The position numbers and the translations under genes were made by a program. Below the pieces are notes generated by a model. It worked only from the letters and a program-made list of their open reading frames with translations. It searched no databases and had not been told where the DNA came from. A DNA stretch of 64,000 bases from a virus. Shown here in pieces: positions 48,680-58,759 of the stretch. Numbering within the stretch: the stretch's first letter is position 1; each line of letters opens with the position of its first letter. Location: positions 72,839 through 136,838 of the IMG/VR virus record IMGVR_UViG_3300025030_001854. One strand, written 5' to 3'.

Positions 48680-50602
48680 ATGAGTCGCAAAAAAAAGGTT
48701 CTAATCCTAACGGACCACCCGTTAGCTAAAACAGGTTTTGGAAGAAATGCAAGAGCTTTATTGGAGTATTTATATTTAACCAATAAATATGAATTAGTTA
48801 ATTTGGCTGTTGGCGCAGTTAATTCTCCAGATTTATCGCGCACCCCATGGAAAACTCTCCCAACTGTTTTCCCGCCACAATTAGAAGAAATAAAAAAGCA
48901 AAATGACCCAAGGGCTTGGGAAAATATAGATAGAATGGCTGGATACGGAGCTTTCTCGGTAGACGCTGCGGTTAAAAGCGAAAAACCAGATGTATTTATT
49001 GCTATTCAAGATATTTGGGGAATTGATTTCTGCGCCGAAAAAGCATGGTTTCCTAAAATTACTGCCGCTTTATGGACGACGTTAGATTCTCGCCCTATTC
49101 TTCCAAAAGCTGTTGAAGTAGCTTCTAAAATTAAACATTTTTGGTCTTGGGCTGACTTCGCTACGCAAGACCTTCACAAAATGGGACATAAACATGTCAA
49201 AACAATTCGTGGAGCGTTAGCTACGAAATTATTTTATAGATTATCTGAGGAAAATAGGAAAAGTCTTCGAAAACAACATAATATTAATGAAAATACTTGG
49301 GTTATTGGTTTTGTGTTTAGAAACCAATTAAGGAAATCGGTTCCTAACCTTTTACAGGGTTATAAATTATTTATTGACAGAAACCCTCAAATTAAAACTA
49401 AACTCTTATTACATACGAACTGGACAGAGGGTTGGGATATTCCAAAACTTTTAGACGAAAACGAAATTAAAAAAGAAAACGTTCTTACGACTTTTGTTTG
49501 TCGTTCTTGTAAAAAATACGAAATAAAATCTCCATTAGCAACAGAACAAGATTGTCCTCATTGTCGAACTGCTAAGTCACAAATAACTACTCATCCTTCA
49601 TTTGGTATTTCTGAGCAAGAATTAAATGAAGTATATAATCTTATGGATGTTTACTGCCATCCATTTACTAGTGGGGGACAAGAAATCCCTGTCCAAGAAG
49701 CAAAATTGGCTGAATTGATAACTTTGGTTACTAATTATAGTTGCGGAGAAGATTTGTGCGTAGAAGAATCTGGGTCTTTTCCATTAGAATGGTCGGAATA
49801 TAGAGAACCAGGAACTCAATTTATTAAGGCTTCTACATATCCAGCTTCAATAGCCAAACAATTAGAAAAAGTATTTAAATTAAAACCCCAAAATAAAAGA
49901 GAACTAGAAAAGAAATCTAGGCAATGGGCGATAGATAATTTCGCAACAGAGATAATTGGAAAACAAATAGAAGAATTTATTGAATCAGCTCCATTTGCCG
50001 AAGATTCTTGTTTTATCGAAGATGTTCCTGCAAAAAATCCAGAGGCAGCCATCCCTGAGATTAAAGATGATGGGGATTGGCTAATTCATATGTATCACAA
50101 CATATTAAAGATGCCTATTGGTAAAGACGACCCAGGTTTTTTACATTGGATAGCTCGCATAAAAGAAGGCGTCCCAAGGATAGAAATAGAAAAATTCTTT
50201 AGACATACAGCTACCGTTGAAAATCAAAAAAATCAAATTGCTCCCCTTACTTTTGATTGTCTTTTAAATAAAGAAGATAAAGGAAGAGTATTAGTTGTTA
50301 TGCCCGAGAGTGCTGGAGATGTGTTTTTAACGACTTCTATTTTTAAATCTATTAAGGACCGTTACCCAGATTGGGCCTTATATGTTGCGACAAAGCCCCA
50401 ATTTAAAGATATTTTAATTGCTAATCCGTTTGTGGATAAATGCCTTGATTATCATCCTATGATGGAAAACTTAACTTGGCTTGAGGGAAACTCTTCTCAT
50501 AATGGATATTTTAATGTCGCATATTTACCCCATGCTCTTACTCAAAGATATATCGCCTACTATCATGGTGGAGAAGATAAACTTGATTTAAATTTAAAAT
50601 AA
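48680..50602 (+). CDS. Multidomain GT4 glycosyltransferase with Zn-ribbon insert, DUF4214-like helical domain and GT9 N-lobe
   Basis: TGFGR, RNQLRK, CRSC..CPHC, GGQEIPVQEA; MYHNIL...D.PG..HW; VLVVMPESAGDVFLTT...YP...YVAT...NPFVD. Confidence 0.75.
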   Translation: MSRKKKVLILTDHPLAKTGFGRNARALLEYLYLTNKYELVNLAVGAVNSPDLSRTPWKTLPTVFPPQLEEIKKQNDPRAWENIDRMAGYGAFSVDAAVKSEKPDVFIAIQDIWGIDFCAEKAWFPKITAALWTTLDSRPILPKAVEVASKIKHFWSWADFATQDLHKMGHKHVKTIRGALATKLFYRLSEENRKSLRKQHNINENTWVIGFVFRNQLRKSVPNLLQGYKLFIDRNPQIKTKLLLHTNWTEGWDIPKLLDENEIKKENVLTTFVCRSCKKYEIKSPLATEQDCPHCRTAKSQITTHPSFGISEQELNEVYNLMDVYCHPFTSGGQEIPVQEAKLAELITLVTNYSCGEDLCVEESGSFPLEWSEYREPGTQFIKASTYPASIAKQLEKVFKLKPQNKRELEKKSRQWAIDNFATEIIGKQIEEFIESAPFAEDSCFIEDVPAKNPEAAIPEIKDDGDWLIHMYHNILKMPIGKDDPGFLHWIARIKEGVPRIEIEKFFRHTATVENQKNQIAPLTFDCLLNKEDKGRVLVVMPESAGDVFLTTSIFKSIKDRYPDWALYVATKPQFKDILIANPFVDKCLDYHPMMENLTWLEGNSSHNGYFNVAYLPHALTQRYIAYYHGGEDKLDLNLK

Positions 50603-50611
50603 AGAAACCTT

Positions 50612-51817
50612 ATGCATCTTGTAGAAACATACGCTTTACAGTGTGGAGCTAAAATTCATAAACCATTCATTTATGAAACGTTTTTTCCTATTCCGATAGA
50701 GAAATATATTACTTTTCAGGCTCAATCCCAGCAAAATATAGACGCTAAAAATTATTCTTATTGGCAAGATGTCATTGACATGATTTATCCTATCCTATTA
50801 AAGAATAATATTTCTATATTACAAGTTGGACTTCCTTATGAAGCTCCCTATGGAAGAGTAGTTGACCTTAGAGGGGCGACATCTATTAATCAATTAGCAT
50901 ATTTAATGAAGGGTTCTTTATTACATTTTGGTCCTGATAGTTTTGGTATTCATTTGGGCTCTCATTATGATATTCCGATTGTCGCATTATATAGTTCAAC
51001 TCGTCCAGAAATAGCTGGCCCATATTTTAGTTCTAAAGATAAAACGATTTTATTTAAATGTTATGAAAGAGTTGGAAATAAAAAGCCCTCTTATGCATTA
51101 CAAGAGAATCCTAAATCAATTAATAAAATCTTACCTGAAGAAATAGCTAACGCAATATTAAAATTATTAAATATTAATTTCGTTTTACCAATACAGACCG
51201 TTCATTTAGGGGATAGGTATTCTAATGTTCTTATCCGAGAGCTAATTCCTAATCATCCATCAAATATAGGAAATCCTGATTCTCCAGTAGAGGTTCGAAT
51301 AGATAAATTTTTAGATGAGCAGCTTCTTGCTCATCATTTAAATTATCTTAAAAAGGCAATTTTAGTTACAGATAAGCCAATAAATTTAAACCTATTACGT
51401 TATTTTAAAGGAAATATTCCGACAATAGTATATAAGATTCCAGAATATGATGATATAGAATTCGTAAGAAACGTTATATCTATCGGAATTCCAATAGTTT
51501 TATCTTCTGAATTGCCAGATGACAAACTATTACCTAAAAAAATTAATTACTATGAATTTGGTCCAATTACCAGAACAGGGGTAATTAATGAAAAAATCAG
51601 ACAAGAATTACTTCCTAAAATAGACAAATTATATTTTAAATCAAGTAAAATTGTTATTTCTCAAGGGCAAATTTTCTATTCCTTTTCAGCTTTAGATAAT
51701 AATACACCTTCTCAAAATAATCAAGAATATCAAAAAGCTGTAGATTCCCCATTATTTTGGAGAGATTTAGATTTCTATACAATAGTAGAAAAACTTGACA
51801 CTCCAATAACTACTTGA
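50612..51817 (+). CDS. GT9-like C-lobe plus unknown C-terminal domain
   Basis: KNYSYW, VDLRGATSINQLAYLM, HFGPDSFGIHL...IPIVALY. Confidence 0.7.
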   Translation: MHLVETYALQCGAKIHKPFIYETFFPIPIEKYITFQAQSQQNIDAKNYSYWQDVIDMIYPILLKNNISILQVGLPYEAPYGRVVDLRGATSINQLAYLMKGSLLHFGPDSFGIHLGSHYDIPIVALYSSTRPEIAGPYFSSKDKTILFKCYERVGNKKPSYALQENPKSINKILPEEIANAILKLLNINFVLPIQTVHLGDRYSNVLIRELIPNHPSNIGNPDSPVEVRIDKFLDEQLLAHHLNYLKKAILVTDKPINLNLLRYFKGNIPTIVYKIPEYDDIEFVRNVISIGIPIVLSSELPDDKLLPKKINYYEFGPITRTGVINEKIRQELLPKIDKLYFKSSKIVISQGQIFYSFSALDNNTPSQNNQEYQKAVDSPLFWRDLDFYTIVEKLDTPITT

Positions 51818-51823
51818 TATCAT
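51795..51823 (+). promoter_or_regulatory. sigma70-type promoter, apparently leaderless
   Basis: TTGACA 51795-51800, 17 nt, TG-n-TATCAT 51818-51823; ATG at 51830. Confidence 0.65.
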
Positions 51824-51829
51824 AAGTCT

Positions 51830-52621
51830 ATGAATAATTCTCCAGATAATCAATTAACAAACGCCCCCGTTTTAGACCCTCTTAAACCAGATAGAGTCAT
51901 AGGCTGGATTCCTCCAGCCGTCATTTCAAGAAATGATGCTGGACTAATTATTGGGAATAACTATATATTTAATCCTGATAATACTATTAATTGGAGGAAA
52001 ATGATAAAACCAGAGTTTCTGGTTCCGAACAAACAAATTTTTGAAAAACGAAATAAACCAGTTCCACCGTCAATCGAAGGATTAGATGATAAAGAACTTC
52101 TAATCCTATTAGGCGGAATTAAAGAATTAGCTCAATGTCGAGGATTTACTTCTGTTAAATATGTCGTTAGCAGCCCAACACCAGAATATGTTATTGCTGT
52201 TTGTTCCATTGATTGGATAGCAAATTATGAAACAGAAAATCGACCTATTACTTTTTCTGCTATTGGAGATGCTCATCCAAGAAATACGACCAATTTTGGG
52301 CAGAATTTTCTTGGTCCTATAGCAGAAAATAGAGCTTTTGTCCGTTGTGTTAGAAATTTTCTTAAAATTAATATCGTATCTCAAGAAGAAATCGGTGGAA
52401 CAGTCGCTTTTGAAGAAGACCCAGCATCGACTCTTTTAAAAGATACTATGGAAAAATATGGAATTTCCTTCGCAAAAGTCAAAGAAAAACTTGTTGCTGA
52501 AAATGTAGAGGGAGCATCATTATTTCAATCTATTTATGATATTCCAAAATTTAAGCAATTAGAATTAATAGCTCGTATTAAAACTAAAGTTGCCGAAGCT
52601 CAAGCAGAAGAAAAAAAATAA
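51830..52621 (+). CDS. Rad52/Sak-like single-strand annealing protein (putative)
   Basis: GGIKELA..RG...IGDA...AENRAFVRCVRNFL.I...SQEE resembles the AETRA..RA.R...EE motif of Rad52-fold annealases. Confidence 0.5.
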   Translation: MNNSPDNQLTNAPVLDPLKPDRVIGWIPPAVISRNDAGLIIGNNYIFNPDNTINWRKMIKPEFLVPNKQIFEKRNKPVPPSIEGLDDKELLILLGGIKELAQCRGFTSVKYVVSSPTPEYVIAVCSIDWIANYETENRPITFSAIGDAHPRNTTNFGQNFLGPIAENRAFVRCVRNFLKINIVSQEEIGGTVAFEEDPASTLLKDTMEKYGISFAKVKEKLVAENVEGASLFQSIYDIPKFKQLELIARIKTKVAEAQAEEKK

Positions 52622-52622
52622 T

Positions 52623-53537
52623 CTATCCGCGAACAATATTAGAATATGTAGGGTTGTAGGAAATAGTTCCTACAGCCCTTGTTTTTGCTGTCGGAAACTG
52701 ATTTGGAGTAGTAATAACTAAAGGAATACATTCATTAGTAGCACTTCGTTGTTTATTATCTATATTAATATCTTCGTAATCTATTGCCGCCAATGTAATA
52801 TATGGATAATTATAAAATAGATATCCCCCATTTGAAGAATAAACCGGAGTCACCCCTCCCCATGTTCTCGAAAACACTTTCGTTAATATTTCGCTTTTGC
52901 TACTATTCGAAGAATTGATAGATAATGCAAATGCTTCATATTGATACTTCTGCAAAAAACAACGATAATATCCATTAGAGCCCTCGTATGGTTCTATGGT
53001 TTTTTGTCTTAAAGCTAATATTCTATCGCTGTTTCCGGCAAAATATGGAAGAGTCGAACCCTCTGAGTGCCATGTTCCATATGTAATATTTGGGGAAAAA
53101 ACTGCTTCGCGAGATAAAAAAATATCACTATTCGCTGGGGTTAATGCTTTTGGAAGTTTTTTAATTTTAATAGTTTCCCCTAAATAATATGGATTATTTA
53201 TTCTGGCTATAGATGAAGTGCTATAGTTTCCAGCTAATCCAATACTTACATTACCAAGTGCATCAGACCTTCTTTGCTCTGTTGGGGTAGTAAGGGCTCC
53301 CTCTACATTAATCCATAAATGTTCTGGACGCTTAACGACAGCTAATGTCCATGGCCAGGAATCGGCTGTTAAAATTCTATCTACAGACTCAATCATTACA
53401 ATAACATATCTGCTAAGAATGTCAAAATGATAATCTTCATCAAGGCCAGGGTCACCATAATTAGCAATAACGCGAGCTTCTTTTATTTCAGCTTTTTCGT
53501 TATTTCTAGTTTTAATTTTTTCTGTATTGTCTGACAT
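52623..53537 (-). CDS. Hypothetical protein (late block)
   Basis: 304-aa ORF, last gene of the minus-strand operon. Confidence 0.6.
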   Translation of the reverse strand: MSDNTEKIKTRNNEKAEIKEARVIANYGDPGLDEDYHFDILSRYVIVMIESVDRILTADSWPWTLAVVKRPEHLWINVEGALTTPTEQRRSDALGNVSIGLAGNYSTSSIARINNPYYLGETIKIKKLPKALTPANSDIFLSREAVFSPNITYGTWHSEGSTLPYFAGNSDRILALRQKTIEPYEGSNGYYRCFLQKYQYEAFALSINSSNSSKSEILTKVFSRTWGGVTPVYSSNGGYLFYNYPYITLAAIDYEDINIDNKQRSATNECIPLVITTPNQFPTAKTRAVGTISYNPTYSNIVRG

Positions 53538-53538
53538 A

Positions 53539-55509
53539 TTAAAAATCTAAATCTCCCAAAGAGACAGTCCAAGGATTATTTGTATAAGCCTCAGAACTAT
53601 AAACCGAATCGAGTTCTCCTTGTGTTAATAAAAATCCGAGGTCATTTCCTTCTGAATAAATTCCTGTTAAATCATTACGCTTTTTTTTTAAGCTATACGG
53701 GTCTGTTGAATAAGAACGTAAACCGGATATAACGTTTGTAATAGAATTTGAATTAAATCCTAATGATAAATTAATACCCATTTCTTCTGTAATATCTAAT
53801 CCATTAAATACTAATTTGATATTAAAATAATTTTCCTCTGGGGGGAGTTCAAAAGCAAATAATATGGGAGAGGCAACAGAATAATATAATTGTGGGGTTT
53901 CTCCCATTAATCCTGTAAAAATAGACCACTTATTCCAAAAATTATAAGCACCCCCTGACCCTGTAAACCTCATCTGAAGAGTCCCAGAGGCATTTTGTCC
54001 AGTATAAGTATCTGTCAATGAATTTCGTTCGAAATTCATGATTGGTCGTAAACCAGAAGAATATCCCGAACCTAAATTTGTAATATCAATACCTGTTACT
54101 TTATAACCCGTTATTCCTGTTCCAAAAGTGCCAGTAGTATATAATACTTCTCCAGTTAAATAGCCCGCAGCAATATCAATAGCTCCATAAGTATTAAATG
54201 GGGAAAACCAACCCTCATTATATCCAGATTTTAATGGAATATCAAAACATCCAGTTCCCCATTCCCCCGTATTAATAATTGCTCTTGGAGCCTGAGTATA
54301 TCCAGAACCAACACCTATTCCTGAATAACCATTAACTACATAAAAGTATTGATTACCCGAACCATACACATCTTGAAATAAAACTCTTGTTGTTAGTAAT
54401 TTTCCCGTGGCCCCCGTCCCAAAATTGCCAATACCAGAAAAATTTATACCCAAATTTCCAGTACAACCACTACTAAATAAAAGAGTATTAAAATTTTGTT
54501 GGATGCCGGTAACATAATAATATCCGCTAAATTTAACGAAAGGAATATCTAAATATTCTCCACTACTCGTTAAAGTAAAACCAGTAATATACACCCCACT
54601 ATAAGTATTACCATCAATAGGACGGATACCAGATATTCTTCCGGTAATATGAATACCCGAAGAATCAATATTTCCTAATCCATCTATTTTAGATGCATAA
54701 TAAGATAATGTAATCGAACTGTTAGTCCCACTATGAAGAAAATTATTTCCTGACCAAGTTCCCTCAAAAGGAACAAAAGCAATATTTGAATTATTAAATC
54801 CAGTTAAATTTTCTATAGAAACATCGAATAATCCGCTTCTCTCAGTTGAAGATTCTAAATTTTGCTCTCCCTCATTAGCAAATAAAGATAATTTCCATGA
54901 AATTTCATTATTTAATTGAGAACTATCATTGTCATTAAATATTAATCTTTCTTGACCTGTCCCCAAACATCCAATAATCTGATTTCCAGTTAACGACTCT
55001 TCCAAAGAATTATAAAATTCTGCTCTATGTCCATAAACCCAAGATACTATATCACTAGAATATATTCCTGTTAAAGTCCCATTAATGCGAAATGTTTCTG
55101 GCATCGACAAAGAATATGAAAATGGGCTTGATGAGACTTCAACATCACATTGTAAATTCTCGGCCCCAACATTTATTCCAATAGCATCTAATGTCTGTCT
55201 TAAGCAATTTCTTTCTACAAACGGAACACTATTTGCTAATATGTAACAAATATTTCCAGTATTATTACTGGCATCATTTATAAACCAGCCAGACAACGAA
55301 AATGGTTCTCCAGTATTATACGAAGACAAAACAGTTTGTTTGTTAGAAGATAAAATAAAACCACTTCTTAAAAAAATATTCTTTTCGAAAGATAAACCTG
55401 AAAAAATAAAACGACATTCTCCCCAGTCAGACACACGAATATTATTAAAAGCAAAAGAAAATTCATTTGCCCTTTGTAATCTTAATGTATTATTCCCAGT
55501 AAAAAACAT
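53539..55509 (-). CDS. S/T-G-rich probable virion (baseplate/tail) protein
   Basis: Repeated ITGF.LTSSG.Y / GSGYTQAP / ITNLGSGY motifs typical of phage tail and baseplate proteins. Confidence 0.6.
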   Translation of the reverse strand: MFFTGNNTLRLQRANEFSFAFNNIRVSDWGECRFIFSGLSFEKNIFLRSGFILSSNKQTVLSSYNTGEPFSLSGWFINDASNNTGNICYILANSVPFVERNCLRQTLDAIGINVGAENLQCDVEVSSSPFSYSLSMPETFRINGTLTGIYSSDIVSWVYGHRAEFYNSLEESLTGNQIIGCLGTGQERLIFNDNDSSQLNNEISWKLSLFANEGEQNLESSTERSGLFDVSIENLTGFNNSNIAFVPFEGTWSGNNFLHSGTNSSITLSYYASKIDGLGNIDSSGIHITGRISGIRPIDGNTYSGVYITGFTLTSSGEYLDIPFVKFSGYYYVTGIQQNFNTLLFSSGCTGNLGINFSGIGNFGTGATGKLLTTRVLFQDVYGSGNQYFYVVNGYSGIGVGSGYTQAPRAIINTGEWGTGCFDIPLKSGYNEGWFSPFNTYGAIDIAAGYLTGEVLYTTGTFGTGITGYKVTGIDITNLGSGYSSGLRPIMNFERNSLTDTYTGQNASGTLQMRFTGSGGAYNFWNKWSIFTGLMGETPQLYYSVASPILFAFELPPEENYFNIKLVFNGLDITEEMGINLSLGFNSNSITNVISGLRSYSTDPYSLKKKRNDLTGIYSEGNDLGFLLTQGELDSVYSSEAYTNNPWTVSLGDLDF

Positions 55510-58500
55510 TATTTTATCCTTGGTATTATTTTATTTAAAATCGCCTCTTGTCGAGGTAGCACTTTTGGTCTATCTGAAAACGACAAAGAGGTTGTTAATC
55601 CATTATCACTTACACTTAAGGATAAACTGTTTAATCCATAATCGGGACTAAGATAAGAAACAAATTCCCCAAAATCACTTGGACCACCAGCTAAAGATAA
55701 TTCTACTGATTTCATTGGAGTAGTTAGTTCATATCCATTAATTTGTTTAATAAAATTATGATAAGATTCAACAGTAGTTAGAACTTGTGTTTCGCCAGTA
55801 ATAACTGTCATATAAGATAAAAATCTCATAGAATATGGGTCTAATTGTGGGGGAAGGTCTGGGTCAACACTATTATTTAATATTTTAATAGATGATGTTC
55901 CATTATTATCAGTATTAACTGGTTCTCCATATATTTCGTTAATTTCTGGGGAACGAAGCTCTAAATCAACCTGTGATTGCAAAACCCCACGATATCCCCC
56001 CAAAGCATTAGTCGAAACTGGATAAATAATAGTCATATTTGCTTCGGCAGACGTATAAGATAAACTATTAGATGTAACATCGGCCCAATAAAGATTTCCA
56101 TAAACGTCAGAGTTTGCCCCAGCTTGAATAAGTTTATCAATTTCCGTATTTCTGACAGGATTTTTTACAATTTTTATTTGAAGACCCCTAGAGTTTGGTT
56201 GAATTAAATATTCCCATGGGAAGCCTTCTGTAAAATAATTTACTTTATTTTCATCAATAATACAACCATATCTCGGGTCAGTATTTCCTCCTTCTACCCA
56301 TTTGCCAGATAAAAGATTATTGCACATTTCTTGTAGTAATGATAAGTCACAAATGCTTTGTGTTTTAGTCTCTATTCTTCGTTTTGTTGCTTCTCTTTCT
56401 TTATCAATAAATTGTTGAAGAACTGTTCCGTTTATAAAATTAGTCCCCCGAGCATTAAAAGATAGATAAACATTTGGATGGCTTCTTGTATCTGTTAATA
56501 CTAATAAATGTAATTTCGAACAAGTTTGTTGCGAAATATAATGTAAATCATAATAAGATTCAATATGCCTATCCAAATCACTTACTACTGGCAAGTTGTT
56601 CAATGCAAAAGCTACTTCGCCCCTAAATTCAGTTAAATTAGGAGATGCTTTTGGTTTAAATAACTCTAAATTCCAATCTTGATATTTTTTTGAAATAGCA
56701 TTATTAATATTAGTAAAATTATCTTCTGAACTAAACTCTTGAACACATGCGTCTCCAAGATTTAATGACATAGTTCGTTTAAATTCTTCTACGCTCGTTC
56801 CCCACTCATTGTCTATATCTGAATAAAATAATCCAGCAGGAAAAACCCCCGTTCCAATTTGGTCAACCGCAATTGGTAATGCTTCTGATATTGGGGTTAA
56901 CAATCCTGAATATAAAATTAAATCTTTAAATGGAGCAAATTTCAACTGATAATATTGGGTGATAGAGGGCTCACAATTATGGGAAATTCTTAATAAAGAA
57001 GTTCCCTCTTCTCCATAAAACCCTTCACTTGGGCTTAAATCTTTCAATTGATTAGCCGACATATAAGGGAATCTATTTAAAAGTCCTTGGGTAACTATCC
57101 CATATTTATACATGGAACTAGCGGCGTCTTGTTCCCAACGCTGAATATCCTCTTTAAAACTTGAATAATAATATCCAACATAAACCTTATAAAATCTTTG
57201 GTCCAAACAGATATTAGATATTTCATCCCCATTACCACCACCAACAATTTTTTGAATAACAGCGGATTTATCTACGCCAGTTAACTCTACTAATGGAACC
57301 ATCCCTAATGCTCTAAAATTAGAAGCCCTTATTTCCTCTGTCATCCCATAAATAGCTTGGTCTTGACAATATAAATCTCGTAACGTTTCATCATATCTTG
57401 ATAAAGCTATAGAAGTATCAATGTCACCAAACGTTCTTCCGTCTAGTTCGGATAAAGTTTTCTCTCGGTCATTATGTCCAATTTCGAAACTATTTGTCCA
57501 CGCAACATCCCAAAACCAAGTTCCAAAAACATCTGTTCTTAATACTGGCGTGTTTGATTTTTTATTAAAATCAATTGGATGTAACGGCAAAATTCCTATA
57601 TATCTTTTAGGGGCTTTAGAATGGGTTTTTGATTGTTTTGCTCTAGTATTTGTAGTAATAACAGATTGTTTGAATGTGTTATCTAAACTAGTTGATGCTT
57701 TATAAGAAAGAATGGCTGTATTTTGATTAATGGCAAACTGGGAACCCAGTGCGGTTGTTGGGTCAGCGATATTGACAATGTTAGAGATATCTATAGCTCT
57801 ATTTAAATTGATGCCAATAAATGACTTACCCCTACAATAAAAATCATATCCTAAATCAGAGCACCATTGTTGTAACACCTCTCTTAATGAACCTATATAA
57901 TTTTGACGATAAATATAATCAGCATCGTTTACAGCAACGGGAAATACACCATCAAATTTTAATCCTCTTAGTCTTAAAGATGCCAATAATTGATTAAAAT
58001 TATAACTAACCCCAGCTAAATCACCACATCTTTCTTCACTAGCCTCTTCCGTTCCTAATATTAAATATCCTCCATTCAAATCAAATGTAACCTTTTCAGT
58101 TTTCAATTCAAACAGTTGTTCCCATTGACGATAAATATGAGAGACTTTTAGCGTAGAAGCGAAGTTATCGTATACTTTACCGTTAATTCCAACATAGGAA
58201 CCAAATGCCAAATCTCTATTGGCTCGTCCAAGCATGGTAATACTATCCCCAGCTAGTAAACAATCTGGACAAACTACAGAAAATTCCATATTTGCATTTA
58301 ACGTATAAACAAATTGATTTCCTTGTTTTTTTATTAAACCAACATAAATCTTATCTAATATTAAAGAATAATCTTTAAAAACTACATTGAGAATTTTGGT
58401 TTCATTTTGTATTTCAATATCATATTGATATAAAATGAAATCTGTAAATGTTACCCCATTAAAATCAATATCATATAAATTTTCTTTCCCTCCGTCTCCA

Positions 58501-58757
58501 GCTCCGCACTTTAAATCGTCATCTTTAATATCAAATACGGCATAATTTTGTGCTCTATTTTCGACTTCTAATACAATACTTAATTTTATCTCTGTGGGAG
58601 AAGAACTATAACCAATCTCACAAGAAGCATTATAAATCCATCCACCAAAAGCAAATGCAGTTGGCCACGAACCCCTGACCAAATTTTTTCCAAAGCGTAA
58701 TGAATTATAATTACCCTTTGGAGAAATTGTTATACCTTGTAATATTTGATATGCCAT
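55509..58757 (-). CDS. Large probable virion protein (~1080 aa)
   Basis: Long ORF in the coupled late operon; likely start ATG 58757. Confidence 0.6.
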   Translation of the reverse strand: MAYQILQGITISPKGNYNSLRFGKNLVRGSWPTAFAFGGWIYNASCEIGYSSSPTEIKLSIVLEVENRAQNYAVFDIKDDDLKCGAGDGGKENLYDIDFNGVTFTDFILYQYDIEIQNETKILNVVFKDYSLILDKIYVGLIKKQGNQFVYTLNANMEFSVVCPDCLLAGDSITMLGRANRDLAFGSYVGINGKVYDNFASTLKVSHIYRQWEQLFELKTEKVTFDLNGGYLILGTEEASEERCGDLAGVSYNFNQLLASLRLRGLKFDGVFPVAVNDADYIYRQNYIGSLREVLQQWCSDLGYDFYCRGKSFIGINLNRAIDISNIVNIADPTTALGSQFAINQNTAILSYKASTSLDNTFKQSVITTNTRAKQSKTHSKAPKRYIGILPLHPIDFNKKSNTPVLRTDVFGTWFWDVAWTNSFEIGHNDREKTLSELDGRTFGDIDTSIALSRYDETLRDLYCQDQAIYGMTEEIRASNFRALGMVPLVELTGVDKSAVIQKIVGGGNGDEISNICLDQRFYKVYVGYYYSSFKEDIQRWEQDAASSMYKYGIVTQGLLNRFPYMSANQLKDLSPSEGFYGEEGTSLLRISHNCEPSITQYYQLKFAPFKDLILYSGLLTPISEALPIAVDQIGTGVFPAGLFYSDIDNEWGTSVEEFKRTMSLNLGDACVQEFSSEDNFTNINNAISKKYQDWNLELFKPKASPNLTEFRGEVAFALNNLPVVSDLDRHIESYYDLHYISQQTCSKLHLLVLTDTRSHPNVYLSFNARGTNFINGTVLQQFIDKEREATKRRIETKTQSICDLSLLQEMCNNLLSGKWVEGGNTDPRYGCIIDENKVNYFTEGFPWEYLIQPNSRGLQIKIVKNPVRNTEIDKLIQAGANSDVYGNLYWADVTSNSLSYTSAEANMTIIYPVSTNALGGYRGVLQSQVDLELRSPEINEIYGEPVNTDNNGTSSIKILNNSVDPDLPPQLDPYSMRFLSYMTVITGETQVLTTVESYHNFIKQINGYELTTPMKSVELSLAGGPSDFGEFVSYLSPDYGLNSLSLSVSDNGLTTSLSFSDRPKVLPRQEAILNKIIPRIK

Positions 58758-58759
58758 AA

